Shown: in pieces, positions 1-8,919 of the stretch
How positions within the stretch are numbered: the stretch's first letter is position 1
Layout of the letters: the number at the start of each line of letters is the position of its first letter
Origin: an uncultured Dehalococcoidia bacterium
GTDB lineage: Bacteria > Chloroflexota > Dehalococcoidia > Lucifugimonadales > GCA-002694895
DNA: 49,461 nucleotides
Assembly: GCA_964436345.1 (NCBI GenBank)
Contig: CAYTCC010000001.1
Coordinates: forward strand, 1 to 49,461
Direction of reading: 5' to 3'
Position numbers and translations under genes: made by a program
The notes under the pieces: model-generated
What the model was told of the DNA's origin: nothing
What the model saw: the letters and a program-made list of their open reading frames with translations, nothing else
The model's database searches: none

Positions 1-278
1 TTAATTGTTACAGTTCCGCCAACAATATATCCAAATCCAAGTTTATCCAAAGCTTTTAAAATAGCACAATTTTTATCAAAACCAGCAGCCAAAGCTAAAG
101 GAGAATTTAATTCTTTCCCCATTATGTAAGTTTTACTAATATGTTTATTGCTAGTAGAATATAAAGAAGTTAAATATGGTGCAAATTTATTTGATAATAT
201 AACTTGCATACAATCATGAATAAATTCAGGATCAAATTTAAATAAAATATTATTTGATATAAATCTATACAAAGTCAT
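1..278 (-). CDS. pyrD: Dihydroorotate dehydrogenase (quinone), class 2; N-terminal part only, the gene runs off the left edge
   Basis: Reverse-complement translation from the ATG at 278-276 gives MTLYRFISNNILFKFDPEFIHDCMQ...GKELNSPLALAAGFDKNCAILKALDKLGFGYIVGGTVT. This matches the PyrD class-2 N-terminal pattern (F.DPE..H, P.GLAAGFDKN, GFG..E.GTVT). It is absent from the ORF track because it is truncated. Confidence 0.75.
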   Translation of the reverse strand, partial: MTLYRFISNNILFKFDPEFIHDCMQVILSNKFAPYLTSLYSTSNKHISKTYIMGKELNSPLALAAGFDKNCAILKALDKLGFGYIVGGTVTI

Positions 279-352
279 TTACAAATTAATATACATGATT
301 AGAATATTTATCATATTATATTAATTCGATATCTAATATAAGGTAAAACTAA

Positions 353-1090
353 TTGGATTTAATTTTTCAAAAAGGCTCAAAAGAAAGCCCTAAAGGGCAC
401 GCTCTACTTTATTTCACTAATAAGGATAATCCAAGTGAAATATGGGGCACTTACATCATTACACTTCCTATAGAAGTAGATATAAAAAAATATATGCCTC
501 CATTTTTAGTTAATGATAATAATGCTATAAATTCATCAGATTTCAATTCATTTGCATTTCCTCCATCCCCAGAATTAATAGGTACAATAGAAAATATGCA
601 AGATTTAGCAGAATTACGGGATGAAGATTTAATAGATGGCGGTAGCATTGATATTAATGATAGCGCTAATAATATGATGAAAATCAATGAAATATTATCT
701 CAATATTTAAATTTATATTTAAATAACAACTCAAAACAAATTGAAGAAAGAGATGAAAAAGATCCAGAAGATACAAATGTAAATTCTTTAATGTATGAAT
801 TTATGAATGTAAATGACAGAATGACAGAATTGTCAAAATTATTATCTAAATTATTATTTGCAATTGAAAATTCCCAAGATTCATTAATTTCTGAATGCGA
901 AAAAGATATAGAATCCCTTGCTACTTTTTACCCAATGAATCACAAAATAAATAAAATAGTTGAATATACAAAAATAAAAAACAAATCTAAAATCGCGGAA
1001 CTATATTTTAAAAGATGTTTATATCTTGCGAAAGAAAATTATGAAAAAGTTGAAGAATACGAAAAACTTATTGAACAACAGGAAAATTAA
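353..1090 (+). CDS. Hypothetical protein, 245 aa, no family recognised; apparent TTG start
   Basis: This is a long ORF in an AT-rich (stop-rich) background. An AAGG lies about 9 nt upstream of the TTG. The C-terminal half is acidic and helical. I recognise no catalytic motif. Confidence 0.5.
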   Translation: MDLIFQKGSKESPKGHALLYFTNKDNPSEIWGTYIITLPIEVDIKKYMPPFLVNDNNAINSSDFNSFAFPPSPELIGTIENMQDLAELRDEDLIDGGSIDINDSANNMMKINEILSQYLNLYLNNNSKQIEERDEKDPEDTNVNSLMYEFMNVNDRMTELSKLLSKLLFAIENSQDSLISECEKDIESLATFYPMNHKINKIVEYTKIKNKSKIAELYFKRCLYLAKENYEKVEEYEKLIEQQEN

Positions 1091-1899
1091 GTAAAAGTTT
1101 TATTCAAAAAATCAATTATTCCAAAATTACCATCAATATCCAAAACTTGATCTGCTACATTTTTTAATTCCTCAACAGCATTAAAAACTGCAACTCCATA
1201 ACCAACGTTTTGCAACATTTTTATATCATTATAACTATCACCAAAAGCCAAAGTTTTTTCTATATTTATATCAAGCTTTTCACATATCCAATCAATAGAA
1301 AAACTTTTATCTGCAAATTTATTGAGAACTTCACAAAAATGCGGGAGAGATCTAGTGATATACAAATCATCAGACAATTGTGATTTTAAGGCAATTTCAA
1401 GATTAATTATAATTCCAGGCTCTCCTACCATAACCATTCTTAAGGGGTCTCTTTGTTGAGCTTCAATGTAATTTTTATCCAAAATCAGATCCACATTATT
1501 TCTTAATGCATAATCTTGAATCCATCCATCATCAGTATCGTAATATATTTGATTTGAATATTGAATCATTGCTTTAACAGGAAAAAATTTAATTACATTT
1601 AAAACTTCCGAAATATATTTTTTGTCCATTTCCACAGAATTCAAAATAGAATAATCAGAATGATTTAATATTTCTGCACCTTGATAAGAAATCATAGGAA
1701 CATTAGGCTTTAATCCGGCATAAATTTTTGCTGAATTTGTCATTCTTCCAGTTGCATAAGTTACTGCACATCCTAATGATTTGATATATTCTGTTATATC
1801 AATAATGTTTTTGGCGACCGGAGTATTTTGATCTTTTATAGTACCATCAATATCAAAAACAATTAGATCAAATGGTAATGGATTTTGCTTTACTATAAT
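1087..1899 (-). CDS. HAD-superfamily (Cof-type, HAD-IIB) phosphatase; start placed at a non-canonical AUU, see findings
   Basis: Motif IV GDSYNDIKM lies in the track ORF 1087..1743. The same frame stays open upstream and encodes motif I (LIVFDIDGT). There is no ATG/GTG/TTG between the upstream stop (about 1932) and 1743. AGAGGA followed by 5 nt precedes an ATT at 1899. Confidence 0.65.
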   Translation of the reverse strand: MIVKQNPLPFDLIVFDIDGTIKDQNTPVAKNIIDITEYIKSLGCAVTYATGRMTNSAKIYAGLKPNVPMISYQGAEILNHSDYSILNSVEMDKKYISEVLNVIKFFPVKAMIQYSNQIYYDTDDGWIQDYALRNNVDLILDKNYIEAQQRDPLRMVMVGEPGIIINLEIALKSQLSDDLYITRSLPHFCEVLNKFADKSFSIDWICEKLDINIEKTLAFGDSYNDIKMLQNVGYGVAVFNAVEELKNVADQVLDIDGNFGIIDFLNKTFT

Positions 1900-3029
1900 T
1901 TCAATCCTCTGGGACCAGTGTATAACACTCTTGGTCTAAACAATCTATTATTATTATGTTGTTCAATAACATGTGCGACTAGACCTGCTGTTCGAGACGC
2001 AAAAAAGATTGGTGTATATAAGGGAATTGGAATCTCCAACAAATAAAACAACAACGCTATTGGATAATCTGTATTAGGATATAATCCTTTTTCTCTTGCC
2101 ATCACTTCTTCAACAATTTTGTATATTTTGTGAAGTTCTTCTCCATCAGGAATATTAGGAGCTAATTCAGCAATATAATCTTTTAAAAAGAAAGCTCTAG
2201 GATCATATTTTTTCATATATACTCTGTGTCCAAAGCCCATAATTCTTTCTTTATTATTTAATCTGTTCATCACATAATCATCAGCGATTTCATGACCCCC
2301 TTTTGATTTAATATCGAGAAGCATATGCATTGCTGCTTCGTTAGCACCACCATGAAGCGGGCCTTTTAAAGAAGCAATAGCACCAACAAATGCACCATAT
2401 ATATCAGATAATGTCGATCCTATAATTCGAGCTGCAAATGTAGAATTGGGCATTTCATGTTCTATATAACAAGTTAATATTTTATCAAATATCTCCACTT
2501 CTTTATCTGAAGGGGTTTTACCAGTAATCATAGTTATGAAATTTTCTGAAAAAGATTTGCTACTATCTGGGCTGACAGGTTTTAACCCGTTTAATATACG
2601 ATGAGAATTTGCAGTCAAAACTGCCACATCAGCTATTAATCTAATTCCTTTAGTAAAGTTAGATTTTTCACTTGTATCCATCAAATCTGATTCACTATTG
2701 TAACCAGCAAGAAAAGATATTCCTGTTCTAATAGCATCCATAAGCATAGAAGAGTCAGGGCATAATTCTAAAACTTTATAAGCCTCTTCAGGAAATGCTG
2801 AATCATCCAATAATATCTTTTCAAAATCCTGAATTTCTTTAATGTTTGGTAATTTTCCATTTATAACTAAATACGCAACCTCAGGAAATGTTTTTTTATC
2901 TGCTAGTTCAATAAGATCATATCCTCTGATCACTATTTCTTCCTGATCAACATCTAAAAAACTTACATTCGTATCTGTAGCTATAATTCCTTCTAATCCT
3001 GGTTTGAAATCTTCCATTTTATCTCCCAT
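1893..3029 (-). CDS. prpC: 2-methylcitrate synthase (citrate synthase family)
   Basis: Citrate-synthase family motifs are present (GPLHGGANE, MGFGHRVY). The gene sits immediately downstream of prpD-prpB in the same orientation. Confidence 0.8.
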   Translation of the reverse strand: MGDKMEDFKPGLEGIIATDTNVSFLDVDQEEIVIRGYDLIELADKKTFPEVAYLVINGKLPNIKEIQDFEKILLDDSAFPEEAYKVLELCPDSSMLMDAIRTGISFLAGYNSESDLMDTSEKSNFTKGIRLIADVAVLTANSHRILNGLKPVSPDSSKSFSENFITMITGKTPSDKEVEIFDKILTCYIEHEMPNSTFAARIIGSTLSDIYGAFVGAIASLKGPLHGGANEAAMHMLLDIKSKGGHEIADDYVMNRLNNKERIMGFGHRVYMKKYDPRAFFLKDYIAELAPNIPDGEELHKIYKIVEEVMAREKGLYPNTDYPIALLFYLLEIPIPLYTPIFFASRTAGLVAHVIEQHNNNRLFRPRVLYTGPRGLKL

Positions 3030-3032
3030 AAT

Positions 3033-3920
3033 TTATTTACTTATAAGATCATCTCCGCCTAGAGATTCGTCCATTTTAACATAACTATCATAATTTATAA
3101 GATTATATAAATCTTTCCTCGTTAACATATCTTCAACAAATTTAACCTGAGTTCCAGTTTTCATAATTTCATCAAACAAATCACTTATAGCATTTAATGC
3201 TGTTCTAAGGGCACTAACAGGATAAATAATAATTTTATATCCCATATCAGCAAATTTTTCAGCTGAGTAATAAGGCGTTTTTCCAAATTCTGTCATATTT
3301 GCTAACATATCTCCATTCACATTTTCTGCAAAAAATTTAAATTCTTCTTCCGTTTCTAAAGCTTCAGGAAATATAATATCTGCACCAGCATTTTTATATA
3401 ATTTGGCACGCTCAATAGCTGAATCAATTCCTTCGACTGCTTTAGCATCTGTCCGAGCTATAACTAACATATCTTTTGATACAGTTTTGGCAGCATAAAT
3501 TTTTTTTGCAAATTCATTAGATTCAATAATTTCCTTGCCTTCCAAATGTCCACATCTTTTAGGAAATAGTTGATCCTCTATTTGTATAGCAGCCACACCA
3601 ATACTTTCCAAATCAGATACAGTTCTAGTAACATTTATAACTTCTCCAAATCCAGTATCAACATCGACTATTAGGGGTAAGTTTGACATTTTAGTAATTT
3701 CAATTACAGCATCAAATAATTCTTGAAATGTAAATATCCCTATATCAGGAATTCCTTTCATAGCTGAAAAGGCTGCACCTGAAAAATACAGCGATTTAAA
3801 ACCTTTCTTTTCTGCCATCATTGCGATTAAAGGAGAAAAAACACCAGGAGTTAAAACATATTCATTATTATCTATAAGGCTTTTTAAACGTTTTCCCGAA
3901 TTGTCAAATTGTTTATTCAT
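3033..3920 (-). CDS. prpB: Methylisocitrate lyase (isocitrate lyase/PEP mutase superfamily)
   Basis: The FPKRCGHLEGKE signature (KRCGH) is present and the size is 295 aa. A 4-nt ATGA overlap links it to the prpD stop. Confidence 0.85.
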   Translation of the reverse strand: MNKQFDNSGKRLKSLIDNNEYVLTPGVFSPLIAMMAEKKGFKSLYFSGAAFSAMKGIPDIGIFTFQELFDAVIEITKMSNLPLIVDVDTGFGEVINVTRTVSDLESIGVAAIQIEDQLFPKRCGHLEGKEIIESNEFAKKIYAAKTVSKDMLVIARTDAKAVEGIDSAIERAKLYKNAGADIIFPEALETEEEFKFFAENVNGDMLANMTEFGKTPYYSAEKFADMGYKIIIYPVSALRTALNAISDLFDEIMKTGTQVKFVEDMLTRKDLYNLINYDSYVKMDESLGGDDLISK

Positions 3921-5287
3921 ATTTTAATACCAGTAAAAATTGAATTTAAGTCATTGCAATTATCTATATCAAAGATATTATCTGATATTAATTCTATTTT
4001 TTCAGCTGAATATACATTTTTAACATTTTCAGAAAATTTTGCTTTTATTTCTAATCTAGACATTTTATTATTAGCGTGCCCTCTTGGATATTTTACTTCT
4101 GATACATATTCATGACCATTATTTAAAGTTACAGTAATTCTATTTGGAATGCCATCTGGATATCCTTCACTAAGATCATCATTTTCATTGAGTGAAGTTA
4201 ATCCCAATATTTTTTTAATAAGCTTATCCTGAATTTTCTCCTGATCAAAAGAATTTTGTGTAATATTGTTATCTACAAGCGCAGCTGCAACAGTATAAGG
4301 TAAAGAATGATCAGCAGTTTCCCTGGTTTTAGGATCCCATTTTTCTGGATCTTTAGCTATTATTTCATATGCAACTTTAAACGTCTCAATTTCAACATTA
4401 TTTATAAGATTAGGATCTTGAAAATTTTCTCTTAATTCAATGCAAGCATCAATAGCGCTTTGGGCATGATATTCTACTGGCCATTTTTTTATGTATGTAT
4501 CTAAAATTCTATTTGTGTCATCTGATTTCATATTTAATAAAATATCAGGATTAATTAATTTTCCTCCTAATAATTGATTAACATACCCCATTTCACCATT
4601 AAAAAAATCATATGGGCCAGTGAAACCGGATTTAACTACATTAGCAGCAAATATTGCATTTCTAACTGCATTTGCTGCAGCTGCTCCTTTCCACATTGAT
4701 AACTCACCTACCCTAGTCTGTCTCATTGAAGCATGTGGGACTGAATAAATAGCTAGAGTTGAACGTGTCTCTTCATCAGAAAAATTAAATAATTTGCTAG
4801 CTCCTGCTGAAGCTCCTAATCCGGTGTAACTAACATGATCCCATCCAAAACTCCGTAAACTTGCAACATCACATAAATTAACTGCCAGTTCGTATCCTGT
4901 AGCTATCGCTAATACCAATTCTTTTCCAGGCAAATTATTTTCTTGAGCTAAAGCAACTAATCCAGGTATCATGTCACTTGGATGCAAGGGCTCCAAAGAC
5001 AAATATGTGTCATTATAATCCAAATATCTCACTGAAGTGCCATTCGCAAACGCAGCTGTTTCAGAATCTGTCATAATATCAGTGCCCCAAATAGTGCTTC
5101 CATTTGATTGTTGTTTAGTAAGTGCATATTTTCTTACAGAAATTGGGGCATCATCATCAAATGCAGCTATAGCTACTCCGATACTATCTAAAATTCTATC
5201 TTGAACAGAATCTATAACTTCTCTAGATAATTTTTCAAATTTTGTGGATTGAATATAATTTACAATTGCACTTTCAAAATTTTCCAT
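3917..5287 (-). CDS. prpD: 2-methylcitrate dehydratase (MmgE/PrpD family)
   Basis: 456 aa with an MmgE/PrpD-like sequence throughout. It is the first gene of the prpD-prpB-prpC string, with GGAAGG upstream of the ATG. Confidence 0.85.
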   Translation of the reverse strand: MENFESAIVNYIQSTKFEKLSREVIDSVQDRILDSIGVAIAAFDDDAPISVRKYALTKQQSNGSTIWGTDIMTDSETAAFANGTSVRYLDYNDTYLSLEPLHPSDMIPGLVALAQENNLPGKELVLAIATGYELAVNLCDVASLRSFGWDHVSYTGLGASAGASKLFNFSDEETRSTLAIYSVPHASMRQTRVGELSMWKGAAAANAVRNAIFAANVVKSGFTGPYDFFNGEMGYVNQLLGGKLINPDILLNMKSDDTNRILDTYIKKWPVEYHAQSAIDACIELRENFQDPNLINNVEIETFKVAYEIIAKDPEKWDPKTRETADHSLPYTVAAALVDNNITQNSFDQEKIQDKLIKKILGLTSLNENDDLSEGYPDGIPNRITVTLNNGHEYVSEVKYPRGHANNKMSRLEIKAKFSENVKNVYSAEKIELISDNIFDIDNCNDLNSIFTGIKI

Positions 5288-5401
5288 TAGTATAGCCTTC
5301 CAGATAGTTTATATATATAGTTAATATTATTATCATATTCGCATACTCGAACGCTTTCAATATACAAATAAAATAAACTAAGAATAATTAAGGAATAAAT
5401 A

Positions 5402-6151
5402 ATGGAAATATCAAATAAAATTAAAGAAAAATTGAATTCCAATAAACCTGCATTAGTTGTCAGCGGATATTTCGATTCTCCAAATATAGTCGAATATATA
5501 AGTTCATTGAATGTTGATGGAGTATGGCTCGAAGGTGAACATGGCCCAATAGATTTCAGTAATATCCCGAATTTGTCTAGAGCATGTGATTTATATGGCG
5601 TTTCATCAATATTTAGAATCACATCACATGAGTACGGCCTAATTTACAGGTATTTAGATTTAGGAGCGCAAGGATTGGTTATCCCTCATGTTAGTAATAA
5701 AGAACAAGCATTACATATTGTAAAATCTGCAAAGTATTTTCCTTTAGGTGAAAGGGGCATGTTTACTTCTAGAAGAGGATTAAATATACCTAAGGAAAAA
5801 TATATGGATTTTGCAAATAACAATTCATTATTAATAGTAATAATAGAAGATGTTGAAGGATTAAATAATTTAGATGAAATTTTAACAGTCGATAACATAG
5901 ACGTATTTTTTATAGCTCCAAATGATTTAGCTCAATCAATGGGGATTCCAAATAAAAATCCTAATGATGAACTTGATATAACAATATCAGATTCAATTAA
6001 AAAAATTAAAAAAGCCGGCAAAAAAGCAGGTACTTTAAGTAATCCTGATAAAATTGATCATCATTTAAAAATAGGAGTAGATCTTTTGCTTTTTGACACT
6101 TCCCAATTTATCAAAAGTGGAATTTCATCATTATTAGATAAAATTAATTAA
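5402..6151 (+). CDS. HpcH/HpaI-family aldolase (2-keto-3-deoxy-acid aldolase-like)
   Basis: 249 aa with an HpcH/HpaI-like pattern (VWLEGEHGP, PLGERG, FIAPNDLAQSMG). It is divergent from the prp cluster. Confidence 0.7.
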   Translation: MEISNKIKEKLNSNKPALVVSGYFDSPNIVEYISSLNVDGVWLEGEHGPIDFSNIPNLSRACDLYGVSSIFRITSHEYGLIYRYLDLGAQGLVIPHVSNKEQALHIVKSAKYFPLGERGMFTSRRGLNIPKEKYMDFANNNSLLIVIIEDVEGLNNLDEILTVDNIDVFFIAPNDLAQSMGIPNKNPNDELDITISDSIKKIKKAGKKAGTLSNPDKIDHHLKIGVDLLLFDTSQFIKSGISSLLDKIN

Positions 6152-6155
6152 TAAA

Positions 6156-7379
6156 TTGAATTTAAATAATATAATTGAATTAATAAATATTAATAAAGGT
6201 AAATATAATCTGGAATTTTACCTGATAGGTGGTGCTGTAAGAGATTTATTAATCGGAAATAACCCTACTGATTTAGACTTTAATTTTATTGGACAAAAAC
6301 AATCTGTAGAAAAATTCATTAAAGAAATCTTTGACCCAAAAGAAATTCACTCTTCTCAATTTAATACATATAAATTCAAATACAAAACATTTGATATAGA
6401 TTTTGCTATGTGCAGAAAGGAAAAATATAATAATCCTGCTTCATTACCTGAGATTAATGAAGGAAACTTACTCGAAGATCAGCAAAGAAGAGATTTCAGT
6501 ATTAATTCAATTGCCATTAAAACTGATGATTTCTCACACAAAAAATTTATTGATCCATTCAATGGAATACTTGATATAAAAGCAAAGAAAATAAAAAATA
6601 TCCATTCAAACTCATTTTCAGATGACCCAACAAGAATATTTAGAGCAATTAGGTATTCAAAGAGATTAAATTTTCAAATTGATAGTTCAACTCTTAATGA
6701 AATTCACATTTCCAAAGATAACATCGCAAATTTGTCAGGAATAAGGATAAGAAATGAAATTTTTAAAATTTTAGAAGAAAATCAGCCAATCGATACTTTA
6801 ATTGAATGTGAAAAATTCAAATTATTTAAACATTTAAACATCGATTTAATATTACCTCCACATCTTCCATCCTGGGAGAAAATGGAAATTAATGAAAGAA
6901 ATTTAATATTTACTCAACATGAATCATCAAAAGATAAAATTTTATTATTTTTATCAACTTTCTTATGTGATTCATCCAATGAATCTATTCATAAAATATC
7001 AAAGAATTTTGGTTTTGAAAAATCAATAGTTAATAATTGGATAAATATAGTTAAAATGAAAAATGATTTAGATAAATTTAATTTTAGAAAAGATCAAAAC
7101 AGCAAACTTCATTCAATATTAAATAAAAGTACTAAAAGTATTTGTTTAGGTCTCACTCAATGGTATGGCAAATCTAAAAGTATAAGGATAATTAATTATT
7201 GGAATAAAATTAGACTTATAAAACCCAAATTAAACACTAATGATCTCTTTTCCATTGGCATATTAGAAGGGCCAATATTAGGAAAAATCAAAAAAGAACT
7301 TGAAATGTTTGCTATCGACTATCCAGACTCAAGTGAAGAAGAACAAAGAGAATTTGTAACAAAGCTCAATAATTCATAA
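6156..7379 (+). CDS. cca: tRNA nucleotidyltransferase / poly(A) polymerase family protein (CCA-adding type); TTG start
   Basis: PolyA_pol head-domain motifs are present: GGAVRDLLIG..PTDLDF, RRDFSINSIA and DPTRIFRAIRYSKRLNF. Confidence 0.65.
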   Translation: MNLNNIIELININKGKYNLEFYLIGGAVRDLLIGNNPTDLDFNFIGQKQSVEKFIKEIFDPKEIHSSQFNTYKFKYKTFDIDFAMCRKEKYNNPASLPEINEGNLLEDQQRRDFSINSIAIKTDDFSHKKFIDPFNGILDIKAKKIKNIHSNSFSDDPTRIFRAIRYSKRLNFQIDSSTLNEIHISKDNIANLSGIRIRNEIFKILEENQPIDTLIECEKFKLFKHLNIDLILPPHLPSWEKMEINERNLIFTQHESSKDKILLFLSTFLCDSSNESIHKISKNFGFEKSIVNNWINIVKMKNDLDKFNFRKDQNSKLHSILNKSTKSICLGLTQWYGKSKSIRIINYWNKIRLIKPKLNTNDLFSIGILEGPILGKIKKELEMFAIDYPDSSEEEQREFVTKLNNS

Positions 7380-7387
7380 AAAAATAA

Positions 7388-8776
7388 TTACAAACCTGGA
7401 TTAATCATTTTAAATGGATCTAATATTTCCTTTATTTTAGATGGACTTAAATCAGTTTTTTCTATAGCAATTTCTTCTACCGTTTTCCCAGTTTTTTCTG
7501 CTTCTTGAGCAATTTTAGCTGAGAGATCATAACCAATTTCTGGTACCAGCGCAGTTACCATAGATAAACCTCTATGCACAGAATTTGGACCCTGTTCAGT
7601 GGCGTCTAAATCAGTAATACATTTTTCAGAAAAATTAACAGCTGATTTTGCCATGATTTCAACACTCTCTAATATGTTATGAGCAACCACAGGGAGCATA
7701 ACATTTAATTCAAAATTTCCTGTTTGAGCAGAAAGTTCTACTGAGGAGCAATTACCATAAATTTGAGCACATACCTGTAAAAATGACTCAGCAATTACAG
7801 GGTTTACTTTTCCTGGCATAATAGAGCTTCCAGGAGCAACCGCAGGTAAGTTAATCTCACCCAATCCTCCTCTTGGCCCCGATCCCATCCATCTAATATC
7901 ATTACAAATTTTCATTATAGATAAAGATAAAGATTTTATTACACCCGCTGTACCTGAAATACCATCTATCGTACTCTGAGCTTGAAAATGATTGTCAGTT
8001 TCTATTATTTCTAAATTAGTTAAATCAGAAATATCTTTACATACTAATCTTGCAAAATCTTTATGAGTATTAATTCCAGTTCCTACGGCAGTTCCACCCA
8101 ATGCTACTTTAGATAACCATTTTAAAGAATCAGTTAATTTTTCAATCCCATTTTGCACTTGGCCATAATAACCTAAAAATTCTTGTCCCAAGGTAATTGG
8201 TGTGGCATCTTGTAAATGAGTTCGGCCTGTTTTTATAGTTTTATCGAATTCAATTGATTTCTTTTTTAATGCTTTTGCTAATATTTCTAATGAAGGAATT
8301 AAATCAAAAGTTATAGACTTAATTAAAGCAATATGAATTGCAGTAGGAATAACATCATTACTTGATTGACCCAAATTAACATGATCATTAGGATGAACAG
8401 AATTTTTATCCCCTTTCTTTCCTCCAATTTTTTCAATTGCAATATTAGAGATAACTTCATTCATATTCATATTGGTAGATGTACCAGATCCGGTTTGAAA
8501 TATGTCTATGACAAATTCAGATAAATAATTACCATTAATAATCTCTTCAGCAACAGAAATAATTACTTCTGCTATATCTTTATCTAACAATCCAAGCTCA
8601 GTATTCACTTTGGCACTTGATTTTTTAATTAAAGCTAAAGATTGGATAAATTGATTAGAAAATCTCAAATTACTAATTTGAAAATTTTCTACTGCTCTTT
8701 GAGTTTGAGCACCGTAATATGCATTTTGGGGAACTTTCATTTCGCCTAAAGAATCTTTTTCTAACCTATATTTCAT
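7388..8776 (-). CDS. fumC: Class II fumarate hydratase
   Basis: The GSSIMPGKVNP signature is present, with 462 aa of fumarase/aspartase family sequence. Confidence 0.95.
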   Translation of the reverse strand: MKYRLEKDSLGEMKVPQNAYYGAQTQRAVENFQISNLRFSNQFIQSLALIKKSSAKVNTELGLLDKDIAEVIISVAEEIINGNYLSEFVIDIFQTGSGTSTNMNMNEVISNIAIEKIGGKKGDKNSVHPNDHVNLGQSSNDVIPTAIHIALIKSITFDLIPSLEILAKALKKKSIEFDKTIKTGRTHLQDATPITLGQEFLGYYGQVQNGIEKLTDSLKWLSKVALGGTAVGTGINTHKDFARLVCKDISDLTNLEIIETDNHFQAQSTIDGISGTAGVIKSLSLSIMKICNDIRWMGSGPRGGLGEINLPAVAPGSSIMPGKVNPVIAESFLQVCAQIYGNCSSVELSAQTGNFELNVMLPVVAHNILESVEIMAKSAVNFSEKCITDLDATEQGPNSVHRGLSMVTALVPEIGYDLSAKIAQEAEKTGKTVEEIAIEKTDLSPSKIKEILDPFKMINPGL

Positions 8777-8919
8777 AAGTACTCCTTTTTTAATATACCA
8801 TTAAAATTATCTCGATTAAAATAAAATGAGTCAATATTTCATTTGATAAGAATTATGTACTAGATAAATATTATTTAAAACCATAAAATAAAAAAATTGA
8901 ATCTAAAAAGAGGTACACA

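Noticed and set aside
1893-1911. A programmed -1 frameshift producing a PrpC-HAD fusion protein. The HAD frame is -1 relative to prpC at their overlap.
   Set aside because: There is no X XXY YYZ slippery heptamer at the junction (GGA UUG AAA UUA UAG) and no downstream structure. A Shine-Dalgarno sequence followed by AUU with 5-nt spacing explains the data more simply.
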